A DNA stretch of 30,135 nt, taken from Mayamaea pseudoterrestris (Eukaryota). This document shows positions 22,791-30,135 of the stretch, piece after piece. The notes beneath the pieces were generated by a model. The model was not told where the DNA came from, did not search any database, and saw only the letters and a list, made by a program, of their open reading frames with translations. The stretch spans positions 248,001-278,135 of the forward strand of contig BROI01000033.1 of assembly GCA_027923505.1 (NCBI GenBank). Direction: 5' to 3'. Positions within the stretch are counted from its first letter, which is position 1. The number at the start of each line of letters is the position of its first letter. Position numbers and translations under genes: made by a program.

Positions 22791-25700
22791 TACAGGGCTT
22801 GCTGTAGGGGCATTTGAATGTCATGGCATCTGCGGGCTGAGACTGGTGACAAGTTGTCACCAAATACATTGCCATCCCCTGAGACACCAGCCAAGCCTAC
22901 CATCTTGTAGCGCAGCCTGAATAATGATGTTGGCACCATTCTGGTGTAATTTGGGCCCCTACAGGGCTTGTTGTAGGGGTGTTTGAATGTCACGGCATCT
23001 GCTGGCTGAGACTGGTGACAAGTTGTCACCAAATACATTGCCATCCTCTGAGACACCAGCCAAGCCTACCATCTTGTAGCGCAGCCTGAATAATGATGTT
23101 GGCACCATTCTGGTGTAATTTGGGCACCTACAGGGCTTGCTGTAGGTGCGTTTGAATGTCACGGCATCTGCGGGCTGAGATTGGTGACAAGTTGTCACCA
23201 AATACATTGCCATCCCCTGAGACACCAGCCAAGCCTACCATCTTGTAGCGCAGCCTAAATAATGATGTTGGCACCATTCTGGTGTAATTTGGGCACCTAC
23301 AGGGCTTGCTGTAGGGGCATTTGAATGTCACGGCATCTGCAGGCTGAGACTGGTGACAAGTTGTCACCAAATACATTGCCATCCCCTGAGACACCAGCCA
23401 AGCCTACCATCTTGTAGCGCAGCCTGAATAATGATGTTGGCACCATTCTGGTGTAATTTGGGCACCTACATGGCTTGCTGTAGGGGCGTTTGAATGTCAC
23501 GGCATCTGCGGGCTGAGACTGGTGACAAGTTGTCACCAAATACATTGCCATCCCCTGAGACACCAGCCAAGCCTACCATCTTGTAGCGCAGCCTGAATAA
23601 TGATGTTGGCACCATTCTGGTGTAATTTGGGCACCTACAGGGCTTGCTGTAGGGGCATTTGAATGTCATGGCATCTGTGGCTGAGATTGGTGACAAGTTG
23701 TCACCAAATACATTGCCATCCCCTGAGACACCAGCCAAGCCTACCATCTTGTAGCGCAGCCCGAAATATGTTGGGACCATTCTGGTGTAATTTGGGCACC
23801 TACAGGGCTTGCTGTAGGGGCATTTGAATGTCATGGCATCTCTGCGTGAGACTGGTGACAAGTTGTCACCAAATACATTGCCATCCTCTGAGACACCAGC
23901 CAAGCCTACCATCTTGTAGTGCAGCCTGAATAATGATGTTGGCACCATCCTGGTGTAATTTGGGCCCCTAGAGGACTGGCTGTAAGGGCGTTTGAATGTC
24001 ATGGCATCTGCGGGCTGAGACTGGTGACAAGTTGTCACCAAATACATTGCCATCCCCTGAGACACCAGCCAAGCCTACCATCTTGTAGCGCAGACTGAAT
24101 AATGATGTTGGCATCATTCTGGTGTAATTTAGGCACCTACAGGGCTTGCTGTAGGGGCATTTGAATGTTACGGCATCTGCTGGCTGAGACTGGTGACATG
24201 TTGTCACCAAATACATTGCAATGCCCTGAGACACCAGCCAAGCTTACCATTTTGTAGCGCAGCCTAAACAAGGTTGTTGGCACCATCCTGGTGTTATTTG
24301 GGTGTATACATGGCATGTTACAAGGGCAATTGAATGTCACAGCATCTGCTGGCTGAGACTGGTGACAAGTTGTCACCAAATACATTGCCATCCCCTGAGA
24401 CACCAGCCAAGCCTACCATCTTGTAGCGCAGCCTGAATAATGATGTTGGCACCATTCTGGTGTGATTTGGGCCTTACATGGCTTGTTGTAAGGGCAGGAT
24501 TGAATGTCATGGCATAACTGCCGGTGAGACTGGTGACAAGTTGTCACCAAATACATTGCCATCCCCTGAGACACCAGCCAAGCCTACCATCTTGTAGCGC
24601 AGCCTGAATAATGATGTTGGCACGGGGCGATTTGGGCACTACAGGGCTTGCTGTAGGGGCGTTTGAATGTCACGGCATCTGCTGGCTGAGACTGGTGACA
24701 AGTTGTCACCAAATACATTGCCATCCCCTGAGACACCAGCCAAGCCTACCATCTTGTAGCGCAGCCTGAATAATGATGTTGGCACCATTCTGGTGTGATT
24801 TGGGTGTATACATGGCTGGCTGTAAGGGCATTTCAATGTCATGGCATCTTTAGGCTGAGACTGGTGACAAGTTGTCACCAAATACATTGCCATCCCCTGA
24901 GACACCAGCCAAGCCTACCATCTTGTAGCGCAGCCGGAATAGTGATGTTGGCACCATTCTGGTGTAATTTGGGCACCTACTGGGCTTGCTGTAGGGGCAA
25001 TTGAATGTCACGGCATCTGCGGGCTGAGATTGGTGACAAGTTGTCACCAAATACATTGCCATCCCCTGAGACACCAGCCACGCTTTTCATCTTGTAGCGC
25101 AGACTGAATTATGATGTTGGCACCATTCTGGTGTGATTTGGGCACCTACAGGGCTTGCTGTGGGATTAAAGGTTTTGAATGTCACGGCATCTGCGGGCTG
25201 AGACTGGTGACAAGTTGTCACCAAATACATTGCCATCCCCCTGAGACACCAGCCAGCCTACCATTTTGTACGCGCCAGTTCAATGATGTTGGCACCATTC
25301 TGGTGATATTGGGCACCTACAGGCTTGTTTTTACAGTAAGGCAGTTTGAATCGTCATGGCATCTGCGGCGATTGAGACTGTGCAAGTTGTCACCACAAAT
25401 ACATTGCCATCTGAGACACCAGCTGCCTTTCCAACTTGTAGTGCAGCCGAACTAGTGATGTTGGCACCATTCTGGTGTTTGGGCAGGGCTTGCTGTAGAG
25501 GTTTGGTTCCGCGGCATCTTAGGCTGGAGAGACTGGTGACAAGTTGTCACCAAATACATTGCCATCCCCTGAGACACCCAAGCTTACCATCTCGTAAGTG
25601 CAGCCTGAATAATGATGTTGGCACTACATTTCTGGTGTAATTTGGGCACCTACAGGGCTTGCTGTGGGCGTTTCAATGTCATGGCATCCTGCTGCTGTGG

Positions 25701-27229
25701 GAGAAGGACAAGTTGTCAGTAACCAAAACATTGCCATCCACTGCCCAAAACACCAGCCAAGCATCACCATCTTGACGCGCAGCCTGAATAGTGATGTTGG
25801 CACCATTCGGGGTGTATTTTGGGGCACCATGCGGGCATGCTATAGGGGGCACGGGCATCTGCTGGCTGAGACTGGTGACAAGTTGTCACAATACAAGTTG
25901 CCATCCCCTTCAGACACCAGCCAAGCCTACCATCTTGTAGCGCAGCCTGAATAAGGTGTTGGCACCATTCTCTGCGTGTTATTTGGGCCACCTAGGGCTT
26001 GCTGTAGGAGGCGTTTGAATCACGTGAGCATCTGCAGCGAGACTTGACAATTGTCACCAAATACACCCCCTGAGACACCAACTTTCCATCTCGTAGTGCA
26101 GCCTGAATATTGATGTGGCACCATTCTGGTGTAATTAGGGCACCCTCTGGGGGCTTGCTGTGAGGGCGTTTGAACTTCATGGCATCTGCGGGCTGGGACG
26201 ACAAGTTGTCATAAATCGACCATCCCCAGACACCAGTGAAGCTTTCCATCTTGTAGGTGCAGCCTGAATAATGATGTTGGCACCATTCTGGAGTAATTTG
26301 GGCACCTACAGCTTGCTGTAGGGGCGTTTGGAGAATGTCACGACATCGGCGGGCTGGGACTGAGTGACAAGTTGTCACCAAATACATTGCCATCCCCTGA
26401 GACACCAGCCAAGCTTTCCATCTCGTAGTGCAGCCTGTATAATGATGTGTGCACCGTTCTGGTGTAATTTGGGCACCTACAGGCTTGCTGTGAGGCGTTT
26501 GAACATAGCATCTGCGGGCTGAGACTGGTGGCAAGTTGTCACCAAACAGACAAGTTGTCACCAAATACATTGCCATCCCTGAGACACCAGCCAAGCCTAC
26601 CATTTGTAAAGCGCAGCCTGAAATGATGTTGGCAATTCAATCTGGTGTATTTGGGCACCTACAGGGAGGGCGTTTGAATACGGCATCTGCTAAGACTGGT
26701 GACAAGTTGTCACCAAATACATTGCCATACCCTGAGACACCAGCCAAGCCTACCATCTTGTAGCGCAGCCTGAATAATGATGTTGGCACCATTCTGGTGT
26801 ATTTTGGGCACCTACAGGGCTTGCTGTAGGGGCGTTTGAATGTCACGGTGTCTGGGAGCTGAGACTGGTGACAAGTTGTCACCAAATACATTGCCATCCC
26901 CTGCAACACCAGCTAAGCCTACCATCTTGTAGCGCAGTCTATATATTGGTATTGGCACCATTCTGGTGTGATTTGGGCACCTACAGGGCTTGCTGTAGGG
27001 CGCGAATGCTCTCATCTGGTTGAGGAAAGTGTCACCAATACACAAAGCCCCGAGACACCAGCCAAGCACCATTGTACGCTGAAACATGTGTTGGCCCATT
27101 CTGATTTTTGGCAATCTGGCTTGCTGGTAGGGTTTGAATGTCATGGCATCTGTGGGCTGAGACTGGTGACAAGTTGTCACCAAATACATTGCCATCCCCT
27201 GAGACACCAGCCAAGCCTACCATCTTGTA

Positions 27230-27895
27230 GCGCAGCCTGAATTATGATGTTGCCACATTTCTGGTGTATTTTGGGCACCTACAGGGCTTGCTGTAGGGGC
27301 GTTTGAATGTCACGGCATCTGCAGGTTGAGACTGGTGACAAGTTGTCACCAAATACATTGTCATCCCCTGCGACACCAGCCAAGCACACCATCTTGTAGC
27401 GCAGCCTAAATAATGATGTTGTCACCATTCTGGTGTATTTTGGGCACCTACAGGGCTTGCTGTAGGGGCGTTTGGATGTCATGGCATCTGCGGGCTGAGA
27501 CTGGTGACAAGTTGTCACCAAATACATTGCCATCCCCTGAGACACCAGCCAAGCCTACCATCTTGTAGCGCAGCCTGAATTATGATGTTGCCACATTTCT
27601 GGTGTATTTTGGGCACCTACAGGGCTTGCTGTAGGGGTGTTTGAATGTCACGGCATCTGCAGGTTGAGACTGGTGACAAGTTGTCACCAAATACATTGTC
27701 ATCCCCTGCGACACCAGCCAAGCACACCATCTTGTAGCGCAGCCTAAATAATGATGTTGTCACCATTCTGGTGTATTTTGGGCACCTACAGGGCTTGCTG
27801 TAGGGGCGTTTGGATGTCATGGCATCTGCGGGCTGAGACTGGTGACAAGTTGTCACCAAATACATTGCCATCCCCTGAGACACTAGCCAAGCCTA
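27230..27895 (-). repeat. 2-mer (338-bp) higher-order repeat of SatB
   Basis: ORFs 27279..27545 and 27617..27883 are identical. Marker TTATGATGTTGCCACATTTCTGG at ~27242 and ~27580, and again at ~28429. Confidence 0.85.
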
Positions 27896-30135
27896 ACATC
27901 ATGTAGTGTAGCGCAGCCTGAAAAATGATGTTGGCACCATTCTGGTGTATTTTGGAGACCTGCAGGGCTTGCTGTAGGGGCGTTTGAATGTCACGGCATC
28001 TGCAAGCTGAGACTGGTGACAAGTTGTCACCAAATACATTGCCATCCCCTGAGACACCAGCCAAGCCTACCATCTTGTAGCGCAGCCTGAATAATGATGT
28101 TGGCACCATTCTGGTGTGATTTGGGTGTATACATGGCTTGCTGTAGGGGCGTTTGAATGTCACGGCATCTGGGGGCTAAGACTGGTGACAAGTTGTAACC
28201 AATATCATTGCAGTCTTCTATGACACCAGCCAAGCATTTCATCTTGTAGCGCAGCCTGAATAATGATGTTGGCACCATTCTGGTGTATTTTGGGCACCTA
28301 CAGGGCTTGCTGTAGGGGCGTTTGAATGTCATGGCATCTGTGGCTGAGACTGGTGACAAGTTGTCACCAAATACATTGCCATCCCCTGAGACACCAGCCA
28401 AGCCTACCATCTTGTAGCGCAGCCTGAATTATGATGTTGCCACATTTCTGGTGTATTTCTTTGGCACCACAGGGCTTGCTAGGGTGTTTGAATGTCACGG
28501 CATCTGCAGGTTGAGACTGGTGACAAGTTGTCACCAAATACATTGCCATCCCCTGCGACACCAGCCAAGCACACCATCTTGTAAAGGCAGCTAAGATACG
28601 CTGGCACCATCTGGTGTGTACTCTTGGGACCTACAGGGCTGCTAGGGTACGTCACGGCACTGCGAGGCTGAGACTGAGGGACAACCCTACACCAAAACAT
28701 TGCCATCCCCTGAGACACCAGCCAAAACCAACACCAGTAGTGGTAAAGGAGCCTGAAAAATGATGTTGGCACCACTTGGTAATTTTAGACCTACAGGGCT
28801 TGCTGTAGGGGCGCTTGAATGTCACGGCATCTGCTGAGACTGGACAAGTTGTCACCAACTACATTGCCATCCCCTGAGACACGCCAAGCCTACCATCTTG
28901 TAAAGTGCAGCCTGAAAATGATGTTGGCACCATTCTGGTGTATTTTGGGCACCTACAGGGGCTTAATGTAGGGGGCGCTTTGAATGTCACGCATCTGCAG
29001 CTGACTGCGGACAAGTTGTCACCAAATACATTGCCATCCCCTGAGACACCAGCCAAGCCTACCATCTTGCAGCAGCCCGAATAATGATGCTGGCAATCAT
29101 TCTGGTGTATTTTGGGCACCTGCTGGTGGGCCTTGCTGTAGGGGTTGTTTAATGTCACGTGAGCTGAGACCGGTGACAAGTTGTCACCAAATACATTGCC
29201 ATCCCCTGAGACACCAGCCAAGCCTACCATCTTGTAGCGCAGCCTAAATAATAATGTTGTCAGCATTCTGGTGGTTTGGGCACCTACAGGGCTTAAGGTA
29301 GGGGCGTTTTGATGTCATGGCATCTGGGCTGGAGACTGGAGACAAGTTGTCACCAAATACATTGCCATCCCCTGAGACACCAGCCAAGCCTACCATCTTG
29401 TAGCGCAGCCTGAATAATGATGGTGGCACATTCAGGTTTGGCACAGGGGGGCAATGCGAGGAGAGACAGACATGCTGTCACCAAATATGTCACATCCCCT
29501 GAGACACCAGCCAAGTTTACCATCTTGTAGAGCCTCATTAATGATGTTGGTACCATTCTGGTGTAATTTGGCACCAACAGGCCGCTAGGCATTTCAATGT
29601 CATGGTATCTCATGTGGAGCGGAGATCTGGAGCAAGCTGTCAACAAATACATTATATCCCCTCTGAGACACCAGCCGCTTTTCCTTGTAAGTGTTTCAAT
29701 AACATGCTGGCACCATCCTGGTGTCCCCGCACCTACAGGGTTTGGCTGTAGGGGCGTTCAGAATGTCACGGCATCTGCGTACTGAGACTGCGATAAGTCA
29801 TCACCAAATACATTGCCATCACATCACAGCCAAGCCTATATCATTTTGTAGCATTGAATAATGATGTTGGCACTATTCTGGTGTAATTTGGGTCCCAGGG
29901 CTTGCTGTGTAGGGGTGTTTGAATGTTGCAGCATCTGCTATTGAGACTGGTGACAAGTTGTCACCAAATACATTGCCATCTGAGACACCAGCCAAGCCTA
30001 CCATCTTGGAAGCGCAGCCTGAATAATGTGGCAGGCACCATTCAGGGTGTAATTTGGGCGCCTACAGGTCTTGCTGTAGCTTTGAATGTCACAGCATCTG
30101 CGGGAGCTGAGATTGGTGACAAGTTGTCACCAAAT

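Larger units (their letters stand above)
18290..30135 (-). repeat. SatB array, inverted, ~70 monomers, running off the window end
   Basis: 169-bp period throughout. Mostly clean at 18900-25100 and 27200-28400; indel-rich at 25100-27150 and 28450-30135. Confidence 0.97.

Noticed and set aside
25100..27150. Apparently diverged SatB subfamily, including a partial palindrome duplication at ~26525-26565
   Set aside because: Random non-recurring indels alternate with clean tracts, which is typical of low-coverage long-read noise; the same applies to 28450-30135.
3037..30135. Dozens of near-identical ORFs (MSQGMAMYLVTT..., MVPTSLFRLRYK...)
   Set aside because: These are translations of a 169-bp repeat that is not a multiple of 3; frames rotate and stop every 1-2 monomers, and no domain is recognisable.
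18290..30135. 3' LTR, polypurine tract or RNase H of the element
   Set aside because: No second TGACACAATATT or non-satellite sequence was seen downstream.

Overview
This is eukaryotic satellite heterochromatin with no host genes. Two unrelated nucleosome-sized tandem repeats, SatA (~183 bp) and SatB (169 bp, ~52% GC), alternate in blocks with orientation switches: A+ (1-3045), B+ (3046-5482), A- (5481-9041), B+ (9041-10332), A- (10333-11306), B- (11307-13436), then B- again (~18290-30135). A Ty1/copia LTR retrotransposon resembling the diatom CoDi group sits in SatB at 13437-~18290. It has a 330-bp 5' LTR, gag, protease, integrase and the start of RT. It is heavily frameshifted (probably read noise) and has no 3' end. 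Most notable: (i) a primer-binding site complementary to the tRNA-Asn anticodon arm (half-tRNA priming); (ii) a chromodomain-like module after the integrase of a copia element inserted in satellite; (iii) a SatB island that is exactly a 2 x 646-bp dimer dropped into one SatA monomer; (iv) local higher-order repeats, conserved palindromes and CpG-decay signatures. Together these suggest a candidate satellite (peri)centromere with a chromatin-targeted copia element, probably in a diatom or relative; that interpretation is inference. Nearly all ORFs in the track are satellite translation artefacts.
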